From Nemertoderma westbladi (Eukaryota; Animalia; Xenacoelomorpha): a DNA stretch of 47,080 bases. The stretch covers positions 1 to 47,080 of the forward strand of contig JAUCBJ010001459.1 of NCBI GenBank assembly GCA_032718475.1, written 5' to 3'. This document shows, piece by piece, positions 24,143 through 37,820 of this stretch (position 1 is its first letter; each line of letters opens with the position of its first letter). The translations under genes were made by a program, and so were the position numbers. The notes under the pieces are model-generated. The model saw only the letters and a program-made list of their open reading frames with translations. It had not been told where the DNA came from and made no database searches.

Positions 24143-26107
24143 ATGCTAGTTAGATTTAGGAATACACAGAGTACCGCAACAGGCAAAACAGGTTCTCTGA
24201 TATAGAGAATTATATAATAACAAGCCTGTGCTATCAGTTTTATCGGTGCAATCAGTTGTTAGAGTACACGGGAGTCAGACTTCGACCATGTAATGTTTAA
24301 TAAAAGTCATAAATAAATTATCAACTAAAATAAATTATTATTAATTAATAATTAACATTATCAACTACATAAAATCACACATTAACCATAGCCATTCTGT
24401 CAAAATATCACACAAGCATTGTAGTAATTTATATAATAATAACTGCTGATAGCAATCAATAGCTGCAATAACTGCTTATAGATATAATCTAAACAGTATA
24501 TATTTTTTCACAGTCCGTTTGTGTTTGTGTGTTATGTAGGTACATTAAAAATTTATACACTGTATTTTAGCACACAAGATATCTTTAACAACTATAACTA
24601 TCTTATTAAAAGCACAAATCGTGGTCTATAAATAAATCCAACGAATTATTGTTTATTTCACAGTGAAGTAAATATAGAATCTGTGGAATATAACTATTTA
24701 AAATTTTACGAAAAAGTAGCCGGATAATAATAAAACGGAGTGAAAGACAGCGAGTTTTTAAATAATTAGTAAAAGGTTAAAATATTTAAATTTGAATTAA
24801 ATAATGAAATTAAATTTCAATTTTCAGTGTGTAAAGAACACTTTTCGTGAAGAACTAGATTGATAACAAAAAAATACAATATTTCAAACAATGCAGAAAC
24901 CATCAGGGAGAAGAAATGTATCTATACCAAGTAATTAATTAATTATAAACAATAATAATGATATCTAATCCAATGCGACACTCTATCCCTGATCCTGCAC
25001 TGTAACTACTGTATATCAATAAAATTTGTTTCGCAAACAATTATTCGTTAGATAACAGTTTATCAATTACCATTCTGTAAAATTCAAAACTCAAATGACT
25101 TAAATAAAAAGAAGCACAATAATTCATTAAATTACACAAGCATAAGATCCCATACAGAAGGCATGCTTAAACCCCAATATATTCCTGGAAAAGGTTACAC
25201 TAATATATACTACTACTACAGGCGTCTCTATCTAAATATACAAATGGAACAGGGTAAAAAAGGTTATAGAATTCCACTTCACTGGAAAATACATGGCTAG
25301 CCTATTTCTCTAATCATTTCTGGTGCAATTCTAGTTACATAGACCCTACTGTATACGTAATAATTTTTTGTTCAGAAAAATAGATGTATAAAATGAAATT
25401 AAATTTAAATTAATTTTTATCATGTAATAAAAATAAAAAACAAAAACCCGGGCAGTAATTTGATTAATATAACAATGTATATCCAAATGCACATCCTGCT
25501 GACAATAAACGTCAAATTATAATCCAGGAACCGAGTTCCGCCCCATATGCGGTAAGTTGATATTTGATATATTAGTTGATATATTAAAGTAAAAGTTATT
25601 TCAACTATAATTGTACTGGTTCATCAAACGTAGTAAAGAAGTAAAAAATAATAAGTGTCAGTGTTTCATATAGTTCAAATTATAATTACATGTTATTATG
25701 TTCTGGTTAACAATAATGTGCGATTATGGTTAATGGGTAAATTGTGGCCTTTGTAACATTTAAACATATTATTACTTTAGAAAGGGAATAACACATAATG
25801 TAATAGCACTGGTAAAATAGTAATTAATTATTAAAATATATTCCGCAATATATATATCCTGCAGGATAATTTTAATTAAATATAATTTAATAAACTGTAC
25901 ATGTACATTTTTATTGATGTCAATTAATAAATATAGACCAAATACAATGAATTACCTATCGAAAAAATAAATACCGGCTTCTACTGAAAAGGTAAGATAT
26001 GTGTAAATGGTAAAATATGTTAGAACAATATAAGGAAATTACAGTGGCCAATAATGTAGATCTTCTTTTTACTACATATAATATTGTAATTATTAGAATG
26101 ATCGGTA

Positions 26108-26383
26108 TCACCCAAGTCTCTTTAGTTCTAAAATAAAATCGTAAATCCTCGCTCTGTAGACGATAAACAATACAACAACAAATATACCAGCAGCTACCGT
26201 TATCCAACTCCAATATAGAGCCAGTCGGCCCAACTTTCGAGCCCTTTTGTGGTCGCCGTGGAGCCATGTAAGGCGGGATTCCTTTGAATAAAGCAAACCG
26301 ATCCAGCCAATACAGACACAGCAACATCCCATAGCAAAGGCAGCGCATTCCGCGTTGTCGTTGGGTGGAATGGCAAGAATAAT
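26108..26383 (-). CDS. Last coding exon of a CD225/dispanin-family (IFITM/PRRT/SynDIG-like) membrane protein
   Basis: After the acceptor TTCTAG, 91 sense codons plus stop: IILAIPPNDNAECAAFAMGCCCVCIGWIGLLYSKESR...GDHKRARKLGRLALYWSWITVAAGIFVVVLFIVY. This fits the CD225 pattern PPxD, CC..G..L.YS, GD..A and a second hydrophobic helix. Upstream exon(s) were not located. Confidence 0.82.
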   Translation of the reverse strand: MILAIPPNDNAECAAFAMGCCCVCIGWIGLLYSKESRLTWLHGDHKRARKLGRLALYWSWITVAAGIFVVVLFIVYRARIYDFILELKRLG

Positions 26384-29300
26384 CTAGAACAGTAACCAGT
26401 AATAAATACCTATGGGGGCAACCCTAGCAATACTCTAGTACAGTAACAGGTAATAAATACCTAAGGGGGAAACCCAACCAATAATCTAGAACAGTAACCA
26501 GTAATAAATACCTAAGGGGGCAACCAAACCAATAATCTAGTACAGTAACCGGTAATAAATACCTATGGGGGCAACCCAAGCAATACTCTAGTACAGTAAC
26601 CGGTAATAAATACCTAAGGGGGCAACCCAACCAATAATCTATAACAGTCACCAGTAATAAATACCTAAGGGGGCAACCCAACCAATACTCTAGAACAGTA
26701 ACCATTAATAAATACCTAAGGGGAAAACCCAACCAATAATCTAGTACAGTAACCCGTAATAAATACCTTAGGGGGCAAACCAACCAATGCTCTAGAACAG
26801 TAACCGGTAATAAATACCTAAGGGGGCAACCCAACCAATAATCTATAACAGTCACCAGTAATAAATACCTAAGGGGGCAACCCAACCAATACTCTAGAAC
26901 AGTAACCATTAATAAATACCTAAGGGGGAAACCCAACCAATAATCTAGTACAGTAACCGGTAATAAATACCTATGGGGGCAACCCAAGCAATACTCTAGT
27001 ACAGTAACCGGTAATAAATACCTAAGGGGGCAACCCAACCAATAATCTATAACAGTCACCAGTAATAAATACCTAAGGGGGCAACCCAACCAATACTCTA
27101 GAACAGTAACCATTAATAAATACCTAAGGGGAAAACCCAACCAATAATCTAGTACAGTAACCCGTAATAAATACCTTAGGGGGCAAAGCAACCAATGCTC
27201 TAGAACAGTAACCGGTAATAAATACCTAAGGGGGCAACCCAACCAATAATCTATAACAGTCACCAGTAATAAATACCTAAGGGGGCAACCCAACCAATAC
27301 TCTAGAACAGTAACCATTAATAAATACCTAAGGGGAAAACCCAACCAATAATCTAGTACAGTAACCCGTAATAAATACCTTAGGGGGCAAACCAACCAAT
27401 GCTCTAGAACAGTAACCGGTAATAAATACCTAAGGGGGAAAACCAACCAATAATCTATAACAGTCACCAGTAATAAATACCTAAGGAGGAAACCCAACCA
27501 ATAATCTATAACAGTCACCAGTAATAAATACCTAAGGGGGCAACCCAACCAATAATCTATAACAGTCACCAGTCATAAATACCTAAGGGGGCAAACCAAC
27601 CAATAATCTAGAACAGTAACTGGTAATAAATAGCTAAGGGGGCAACACATCCAATAATCTAGTACAGTAACCGGTAATAAATACCTAAGGGGGAAACCCA
27701 ACCAATAATCTAGAACAGTAACCGGTAATAAATACCTAAGGGGGAAACCCAACCAATAATCTAGTACAGTAACCGGTAATAAATACCTAAGGGGAAACCC
27801 AACCAATAATCTAGTACAGTAACCGGTAATAAATACCTAAGGGGGAAACCCAACCAATAATCTAGTACAGTAACCGGTAATAAATACCTAAGGGGGAAAC
27901 CCAACCAATAATATAGTACAGTAACCGGTAATAAATACCTAAGGGGAAACCCAACCAATAATCTAGTACAGTAACCGGTAATAAATACCTAAGGGGAACC
28001 CAACCAATACTCTAGTACAGTAACCGGTAATAAATACCTAAGGGGGAAACCCAACCAATAATATAGTACAGTAACCGGTAATAAATACCTAAGGGGAAAC
28101 CCAACCAATAATCTAGTACAGTAACCGGTAATAAATACCTAAGGGGAACCCAACCAATACTCTAGTACAGTAACCGGTGATAAATACCTAAGGGGGAAAC
28201 CCAACCAATAATATAGTACAGTAACCGGTAATAAATACCTAAGGGGAACCCAACCAATACTCTAGTACAGTAACCGGTAATAAATACCTAAGGGGGAAAC
28301 CCAACCAATAATCTAGTACAGTAACCGGTAATAAATACCTAAGGGGGAAACCCAACCAATAATATAGTACAGTAACCGGTAATAAATACCTAAGGGGAAA
28401 CCCAACCAATAATCTAGTACAGTAACCGGTAATAAATACCTAAGGGGAACCCAACCATTACTCTAGTACAGTAACCGGTAATAAATACCTAAGGGGGAAA
28501 CCCAACCAATAATATAGTACAGTAACCGGTAATAAATACCTAAGGGGAAACCCAACCAATAATCTAGTACAGTAACCGGTAATAAATACCTAAGGGGAAC
28601 CCAACCAATACTCTAGTACAGTAACCGGTAAAAAATACCTAAGGGGGAAACCCAACCAATAATATAGTACAGTAACCGTTATTAAATACCTAAGGGGAAA
28701 CCCAACCAATAATCTAGTACAGTAACCGGTAATAAATACCTAAGGGGGAAACCCAACCAATAATCTAGAACAGTAACCAGTAATAAATACCTAAGGGGGA
28801 AACCCAACCAATAATATAGTACAGTAACCGGTAATAAATACCTAAGGGGGAAACCCAACAAATAATCTAGTACAGTAACCGGTAATAAATACCTAAGGGG
28901 GAAACCCAACCAATAATCTAGAACAATAACCGGTAAGAAATGGCTAAGGCAACCAACCCAACCAATAATCTAGAACAGTAACTGGTAATAAATACCTAAG
29001 GGGGAAACCCAACCAATAATCTAGAACAATAACCGGTAAGAAATGGCTAAGGCAACCAACCCAACCAATAATCTAGTACAGTAACCGGTAATAAATACCT
29101 AAGGGGGAAACCCAACCAATAATATAGTACAGTAACCGGTAATAAATACCTAAGGGGGAAACCCAACCAATAATATAGTACAGTAACCGGTAATAAATAC
29201 CTAAGGGGGAAACCCAACCAATAATCTAGAACAGTAACCAGTAATAAATACCTAAGGGGGAAACCCAACCAATAATCTAGAACAGTAACCGGTAATAAAT

Positions 29301-30047
29301 ACCTAAGGGGGAAACCCAACCAATAATCTAGTACAGTAACCAGTAATAAATACCTAAGGGGGAAACCCAACCAATAATCTAGAACAGTAACCGGTAATAA
29401 ATACCTAAGGGGGAAACCCAACCAATAATCTAGTACAGTAACCAGTAATAAATACCTAAGGGGAAAACCCAACCAATAATCTAGTACAGTAACCGGTAAT
29501 AAATGCCTAAGGGGGAAACCCAACCAATAATCTAGAACAATAACCGGTAATAAATACCTAAGGAGGAAACCCAACCAATAATCTAGTACAGTAACTGGTA
29601 ATAAATACCTAAGGGGAAACCAACCAATAATCTAGTACAGTAACCGGTAATAAATGCCTAAGGGGGAAACCCAAGCAATAATCTAGAACAATAACCGGTA
29701 ATAAATACCTAAGGAGGAAACCCAACCAATAATCTAGAACATTAACCGGTAAGAAATGGCTAAGGCAACCAACCCAACCAATAATCTAGAACAGTAACAT
29801 GTAATAAATACCTAAGGGGGAAACCCAACCAATAATCTAGTACAGTAACCGGTAAGAAATGGCTAAGGCAACCAACCCAACCAATAATCTAGAACAGTAA
29901 CTGGTAATAAATACCTAAGGGGGAAACCCAACCAATAATCTATAACAGTAACCGGTAATAAATACCTAAGGGGGCAACCCAAACAATAATCTAGTACAGT
30001 AACCGGAAATAAATACAGTACCTAAGGGGGGGGGGGACCCCAACCAA
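26378..30047. repeat. 51-bp minisatellite, ~72 copies
   Basis: Unit AATAATCTAGTACAGTAACCGGTAATAAATACCTAAGGGGGAAACCCAACC, with 49-50-bp variants in the middle of the array. Confidence 0.98.
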
Positions 30048-30189
30048 AGCGGCCGCGTCATATCAACTACAGCTACTAAATACGCCTATTTTGCTGTGTT
30101 ACAGTAGGCCTAGCTTATTTAACTGGATAAAACTCAGATTCTACTCAATAATCTGCTTTTATAAAAAAACTAAAGCATCATTTTTGAAC

Positions 30190-30580
30190 TATAATCTACT
30201 TTTATAAACTAAAAATTACTTCTATTAAACTAGAAATTACTTTTATAAAACTAGAAATTACTTTTATAAAACTTGAAATAACTTTTATAAAACTAGAAAT
30301 TACTTCTATAAAACTAGAAATAACTTTTATAAAACTAAAACTTACTTTTATAAAACTAGATATTACTTTTATAAAACTAGGAATTACTTTTATAAAACTT
30401 GAAATTACTTTTATAAAACACTAGAAATTACTTTTATAAAACTAGAAATGACTATTATAAAACTAGAAATTACTTTTATAAAACTAGAAATTACTTTTGT
30501 AAAACTAGAAATTACTTCTGTAAAACTAGATTTAGAATTTCTTTTATACCTAGAAAATAAAAATTACTTTTAAAACTCTA
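30190..30580. repeat. 21-bp AT-rich minisatellite
   Basis: Unit AAAACTAGAAATTACTTTTAT, about 16-18 copies. Confidence 0.92.
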
Positions 30581-31920
30581 AAACTATTTTTCAAATTTTT
30601 GTGATTATTTGTAAACGTATCTTCTTCATTTTTAATGTTTATGTTTTGTTAATAAACGACTTTAGTTACAGCTGCTTTCAGACGGTTGGAATGTTCTAGT
30701 GCCGGGGTTACGGTGTAGGCCTACTAACTAACATGATATTTTATTTTTTGACATATTATTTTTTCTAATGCTATGCCTCTCCAGAAACAATTCCCATGTT
30801 GGTTCCATGTTCTAATCTACTGAGGGGCGAGCCACTTAAGTAAGCGAGCTTATCATACGGGCATCACTGACACAATCGGTGTGCCTGTCGTTCTGTTATG
30901 TTCAATTTCAAATGTTAATAAATCGGTCAAATCTCGATGAAATCTAACCAAACTTGGTACATATGTAGTCTGGGAAAAGTTTAGAAATTTTCCAAGTTTA
31001 ATTTGCGTGTGGCCTTCGAGAAGCTAAGATAAAAGCAGTTAATTAGTTCATTAAGATGATTATGGTAAAAAACAGCATTTTCAACTTCAATCTGCCTTTT
31101 AATGGAAATTGATTATTGTATAGTATAAGATATAAATAATTATACTTAAAAATTATGCAGCTGTAATCCCCATACCCCATTCCAATATAGTTTTTAATTA
31201 GTGATTTTAAAGTGAATATAATGATTTGCTTAAGAAATATGTTTTTCATTGATCTGAACGTAATTAAGTTATTAAAATACCCCGTCACTCTATACCCGTC
31301 ACTCCTTCCAAGACAATCAGTGCATGCTTGCTATTGCCTAGCCTAGCTTGGTACCAGTCCAACTAGTCCCATGTCACCACTACTCAAAGGCAGCAATGCA
31401 ATGAGCCAGAGTAATATTAATAATCAATGATGTCGCGCAGCACGCAAACTTGAGCAAGTTCTAAACAAGTTCGATTTGATCTAGAGTCAAAAGTTCGAGA
31501 GATATTTGCCCGTAACTTTCAAACCTACCGTTATCGGCACGGCATAAGGTAAGTTTTAACATATCTTACAAATTGGGTCGCCTCCCCACGGCTAAAATAT
31601 ATTTAATATATTACTTCTCAAACACAAATTTCCTGTTAATACCTCTGCCTTTCATAAATCCTCTGTGCTCCTTTGGGTTGGGGTGGTGTAGATTAAGAGG
31701 GCGGTTGAAGCAAGGGGGGAACTTTCCTCTCTTCTTTGATTTATTCTTATTGGCGGCGGTTTGGTTAAATTTCTTATTTAATTATTTAAATTTCTTAAGT
31801 ACCGATTTTGGGATAGAATTTCTCAATTTTAATTTGTATCTCATAACTAACCCTCGTGCTGCGCGAAGGCCCCACGAACGTGTACTTACTGTACATAGGC
31901 CCAATACATAATTTATCGTA

Positions 31921-32610
31921 CTACATCGTATGAAGTTCTATAAAGAAATAATCATCCACTTGTACATGTTCGAGTTGTCTGCGCGTAAAGATATAAAGGA
32001 CATATTCTAATACCTGGGGACCACCTTCTGGGTTATTGAATAAATAAGGAGTAGCTTCCTGGATAATATCGTTGGTCGGGACAGATATTTCATCGGTTGG
32101 TTTCGGTTGCTTTACTGGTAGCGGTGCCGCTGTATAGGAAAAGGAGTCGACAAACGGCAACTGATGTCTGTTCCCCCCACCATAAGCGCCTGACGTTGAT
32201 TGCGATAAACCAGACACAGTGGCGTCAAATCCTTCAGCGCTGTAATCCGCGGCAGATGTCGATTCTACAGTTGGTAAAGCCTCTGTCGCTGATGCTTGTT
32301 CAGTTGGAGATGAGAGACTTCCGACTTCCGGAGCATCCTCTAATGTATTAGTAATGTTATTGCGGCATTCCTGACTTGTATCAACAACGGTTGACGGGAC
32401 ATAGTCGTCTACATCCCCAGGACCATCTAGCTCCAAGTCATTTGTAGTTGCTGTGCCAGATTCAGAAGATGTTTCACTGCTTACTGATCGCAATTCCGCC
32501 TCAATTTCACTACTAAATATCGGTAAAGGTGCGGGAACATCTGTGATATATCCCAAATTATTCATAATATTATCATTCGCCAGCCATTGTAGATTATTAC
32601 TTTTATCCAC
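31921..32610 (-). other. Orphan acidic S/T/P-rich ORF (229 aa), probably part of a decayed mobile-element gene
   Basis: Long ORF in AT-rich surroundings. It starts at GTG rather than ATG. Flanks (~31570-33120) have the same coding-like composition but contain stops. No recognisable domain. Confidence 0.35.
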
Positions 32611-34071
32611 GACAAGAAAATACTCTATTATTAATTGTTTCCTGATATTAACTGCATAATGTATAAAAATAACGTTGCATCTAGGGCATTACTGCATTAA
32701 AGTAGGATGCAACTTAAGAATGTCAACCCGCCCATCTGTCAGAAAGAACTGGATACGGCCGGCAACCAGCTTCCAGTAATTTGAAGGTAACTGCAGTGAA
32801 GGTACTCTTAGCATCCCACAAACCGACCAATTACTGAGTCGCTCTATCAACAACAGCACCGTAGTTTGTTGTGTAACGACCCCACCCTGTTTAAAGTATT
32901 CGGTTTCCGATATGAATTATTACGGAAAATGCATCAGCAATTCCCTTCTTATATTTAAAATGGATAATGTTAAATGGAACTCTCGAATTAATCAATGGAA
33001 ACCGATTTGCTTGTGACCGAAGTCCAAATGAGAAGTGTATCGAGGGTATAATATTATAATTTACTAGAGGGAACGAAGAAGAATTAGGGAACCGAATTAC
33101 GAACAATGAGAATAAGTTAACATCATCACATCACGTCCAATGATCAATAATCATATTGTTATAAAGTTCTCTGTCAAATTGTGAATAATAGTGCAAAGTT
33201 ATATGGCCTTTCGCGCCGCACATGTAACTGCAGATTCTCCAGGTTACTACAAGGATACGCACTCACACCGAAAAGGAGTGAATATCAATAAATTTATCGC
33301 TATTACGAAAATATCGAAATAGTGAAAAGATATGTTTTTCTGCAGTTAAGAAACCTGGCATGCGAGTAACTTGACACATGTAATCATAATGAAATCTAAA
33401 TTTCGTCTTTTAATCCTGGCAAGTCGAGGCCACATATTTACATAACAATCTACAAAACTTCACTAAATATGCCTAAATGATATCGACGTTCAACAACGTT
33501 TTATAGTTACTGTAAATTGCATCGCACATAGGAAAAAAACAACTCCAATCTCGAAAATTTATATTAACAATTGTGATTGTGTTCCCTCTATTCTGCCGTT
33601 GTTTGGCAATACACCCTTTCTCGAAATTAAAAAAATATATATATTTGACCAATTGGGGTAACTTGATACGCTGTTTTCAATAAAACCAAGAAAAATGGGG
33701 TGTTCCTTTGACGAAATAGGACTTTTCTATCTTAAAACACCCTATGACAGCATCTCAAATCAACAGCTGCGAGGCAAAACACCCCATATCTAAATTCCAC
33801 CACATAGGGTGCTTTGCCTTGTTAATTCAGTCGACAAAATAACCCTATATCCTTGAGTTAGGGTTTTTTGCCTGGCGCTTTTCTTTTAATCAATTATTTA
33901 AGGAATTGACCAATCAGAAGAAGTACAGTAATATCCTTTATCATTAATATCTACTACTTAAAGGTAACTAACTCAGTTGGGCGGGAAATTCAGTTTAGTC
34001 ATTTTCTTTTCACTTGGCATTATTTATTGTTATCTAATTAAAATAGTTGTATTGATTTTGTTCGGAAATTT

Positions 34072-35377
34072 TGTAAAAGCTTTTGCGGCAAAAATATACC
34101 TTTTTGTGCAATGCGCGAACTACTCTAAATGCAGCAATATCTCAAAGTAGTTGAGAACACATAAACTTACGCCTTGTTGCGTTTAGTTTTGGTATACGAC
34201 TCTGTTGACGAAATTACTCAAAACAGAACCCTGGTTTCTTTGTCTCGATAGCCCCTGTGATATCAAAAACAACCAATCCAGATGATTTTCGTTTTGTTCC
34301 CCGTAGAGTTCCATTACACAGGAAACTGAATCTGGTTATAAGCAGCTGACATGAATTACGGGCTCCTGATTGGTGTTTTGACCAGGATTCTAAGGAATTC
34401 TATGACTCACATTTTACTGGTGTTTATAACACAGAGTACGCATAGGCTTTGGCAGTCTGTCAGTGCTGGCCCGAGAAACAACAGCGGAATGAATTATCGA
34501 TCACTGTAAAGTTACCTGCATTCACCTATCCTAACTCATCTTTTTACTGGCAAACATCTGACTGCTGATTAACTGCACTGCATTATTGCCGACACCGCAG
34601 CAGCAAATGTTGCTGCTTGTACTGTTATTTGTTGTTTATTTGGTAATATTATTATTGCTGGATGTTTATATTTGGAGAATACGAATATACAGTATAATCG
34701 ATGATAATCTGAACTAACTTCTTTATTATTAAGAGGTAAGCAGAATGGAAGTTCGAGTAACGATTTTTGGCTCAAATTACAGTGGTCTGTGTGGTATTTA
34801 TGCAATTTCATAACACCAACCAACCAACGTAAGTGAGCTAAATTTATCCTTACACATGAACAAAATTGGCAATAGTCAGCAAATCAGCGTGTTTCCGTAT
34901 TATTATCAGTGAAGTGAGTGCGAGTACATAATACTACATTCCTAAAGAATGTAAATAACAGTGGCTCGATTAAATAATCCGTTGTCCGTAATTATTGTAA
35001 GTCTTAACTCTGTCTAGTATTTAGAGCGCAGCATTTGAAAGGAACTGTTGATACTACCCTGAAAGTGAACATAGTTTTTGGATATTATATAGTAGAGATC
35101 AATCGAATAATACAAATTAACCTACATTTCATGTCTATAGAATTCAGTCTCCCACACACGGTGGGTCATACGCCGCGCAAGACTGTCTTCTACACTGGTC
35201 CTTGATTGGGGGTGGTTTGGCCTATAGAATTCAGTCTCCCACACACGGTGGGTCATACGCCGCGCAAGACTGTCTTCTACTGTTCTATCAATAGTTTGAC
35301 TTTAGTGCTGGCTAGCGTAATAATATAAGACACATAAATTAACAGGTTAAACTGTTAAAGGTCTATAAGCGCGAACA
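34072..35377 (+). mobile_element. Solo LTR with 5-bp TSD (BEL/Pao-like)
   Basis: AATTT|TGTAAAAGC ... GCGCGAACA|AATTT. Homologous to the LTR at 1424-2680. Contains a 59-bp exact direct repeat (35135-35193 and 35222-35280). Confidence 0.88.
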
Positions 35378-35467
35378 AATTTACTCTTTACAACAACTAA
35401 GAGTAATCGTTATCAGTTTTAAGGGGAAATGCGATATGGAGTTTGACAATTACGAGGAAGTAGATCA

Positions 35468-37093
35468 GCAGCCGGTTCCACCAACTCTCACTAACAAGTT
35501 AGTGCCACTAACCGCTTAGGGTGGTGTTGTGGCACTAAGATAAGTGGCACTTAATTAAACTGTCCCACCACGACCACTAACACTAACCCTATGCTTAGTG
35601 GCACTTACTGCCTCCCTAAAAGCAGCACTAAGCTTTTTTTATTTCAAACAAGGCTGTTTCCTGGGTGATTCATCATAATCATTAAAAATACTGCAGGTAC
35701 TGTAGATGGCTGGATACGTGGATACATGTTAGGTGGGGTGTGTGTTGGGGGGGGGGGGGGGGGGGGGGGTTAACATGCAACAGTTTTGTATTCATTTGGC
35801 GTTTGTTAATTATTAGTGTCGGCACTTATTTTTCTATAATCAATTGCGTAATAATAGTTGAATATTCTGATATTTAGTTGATGGTATCATTTGCCGTGAT
35901 TTATAATTACTAAGATTTATCAATACGAAGTATATTTTTAAGACATGCCGAAGGTTAATTTTATCGGTAGCCATTCGTTTACTTTATGTTGTCGTACAAT
36001 TATTGAACCCTGTTATTTTAAATTTATTGAAAATACTCAGTCATATTTCTATTATAAGAATTAATTATGTAATTTAAACTCATGTCAAATTATATTATCT
36101 TGAGTAATAACTTATTTTCAATAATGTTATTGCTTATCTACAACAGGATGAGCTCAGCGTCATTTGTGTGGGCCGCAAGGATGGGAAACATATGTGGGAA
36201 TGTATGGAAATTTTAAGATAGATATTCTCTTCCTCAATCGGGATTAGTTGCAGAATGGGACTCGTCGTGTGACGCAGGAAAATTGTTGGGCGATGCAAGA
36301 TAGTTTTGAGAATAATTATACCTAATCATATATAAATGGATTTCCTTTGTGTGTTTTTTTGTGTTAATATGGGGGCAAAATACGACTAAGTTACGACAGT
36401 TACGACTAACGAGTAATATAATATATATATCGTAACATATATGATATATATGTCTTAATTGTTTTGTTCTGATTGGTGGTGGGATGCTGGGGCAGTTTTA
36501 TATTTAATTTTGGTATTATATATGTATATTATTTTTTTATTCAATAATAATTAATAAGATTAAAAGTAATATAATATATAGAATAAATAGTAAGTAAATT
36601 GTAAATAAATATTTAATAATAAATAATAAAAAATTTTAATTTAATTAAAATTGACACCTTCGAAAATGAAAAAAAAAACAATCTAGTAAAGTGTATAAAG
36701 TAAAATGTATACATGTAAAGTGGAAATAACAGTAACAATATATTAACAACAAGACCCCTAGATCCCTTCCTATAATAAGTGGAAATAATGTATGTAAAGT
36801 GGTGTACAGTACATACAGTATGATAGGGTTCAATCAATACAAATGAAATATATTTGTAATCAATCGCAAGTAAAAATATCCGAATCCGACCAACAAAAGT
36901 AAATTCAGCAGTTAGTGTAGCTTTTAGGGATATCTAGAGGACCCTAAGCAAATCGTACTAACGTGTTAGTGGCACTTACAGTTGTTAGGGAGCTTGGTGG
37001 AACAGGCTAAGTCATAAGGGTGGCTCAGGTTAGTGGCACTAAGCAGTTAGCACTAACACTAAGCAGTTAGTGAGAGTTGGTGAAACCGGCCCC
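35468..37093. mobile_element. Non-autonomous PIF/Harbinger-like element
   Basis: TIRs GCCGGTT(C/T)CACCAACTCTCACTAAC, a 3-bp TCA duplication on both sides, and subterminal TTAGTG(G)CACT repeats. Confidence 0.8.
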
Positions 37094-37820
37094 TCAGATA
37101 GTGGCGCACATTGAAAGCAAGTGAAATAAAGTCTCGTTTATTGTTTTGGTAGAAAACACCCCCATTGCAACCTGCTACTTTCCCTTAATGTTTTAAATAA
37201 ATTAATTTTTCGAACCCACTAAACACATATCATGTTTGCGGTAATTTTGCGCCATTGACTCCGTTGAAGATAATCATGATACTTTTTCTTAATCGTTATT
37301 CCAACGGACGGTGAAATAGGAACTGGGAAGGGTGGGTGTTTCGTGGTTGGACCTGGGCTTGGAACTAATACAACAAGACCGATAATGCATAACAACAGAT
37401 TGGTGTTCTGGAACGCGTTGCTTAAACTGTAAATGTAAACCAATCATTTCTATAGTTTAGTTAGGAAGCTAATCGAAGTAACTCGTTGTTTGGCGTTATA
37501 AAACGCTGCTGATTAAAATGTATATTAAATGTTATTTTAAATTGCTTTCAATGATATTATATCAAGCTGTTAGCATGCTTTGAAGTGAAATAAATATGTT
37601 ATGTAGGCCTACCTTTACTTTTTGTTTTTATTTGAGAAGGAATTAATTTTAGACGCTATTCATCGTTTAGACTTCTTATTAACTTGGCAATACATTGCAA
37701 CTACAACTGTAGGAAGCTCTAAAATAATGCGTAATACAAAATGCTATATAAAACATACTGGCAGAACAAAATAAATCACGGTTTTATACTAATTTCCATG
37801 AAACCAAAACCATTGGTTAA

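Noticed and set aside
26424-29574. Long hydrophobic repeat ORFs (YLLPVTVLDYWLGFPLR)n as a protein gene
   Set aside because: A by-product of a 51-bp (17-codon) unit. They are broken by G-run indels, end in a stop, and are out of frame with the CD225 exon.
26378-30047. CRISPR-like array
   Set aside because: The units are contiguous with no unique spacers, the context is eukaryotic, and there are no cas genes.
37219-37443. ORF with LVVLVPSPGP resembling a second 2A-like motif
   Set aside because: SPGP rather than NPGP, short, with no downstream APE/RT.
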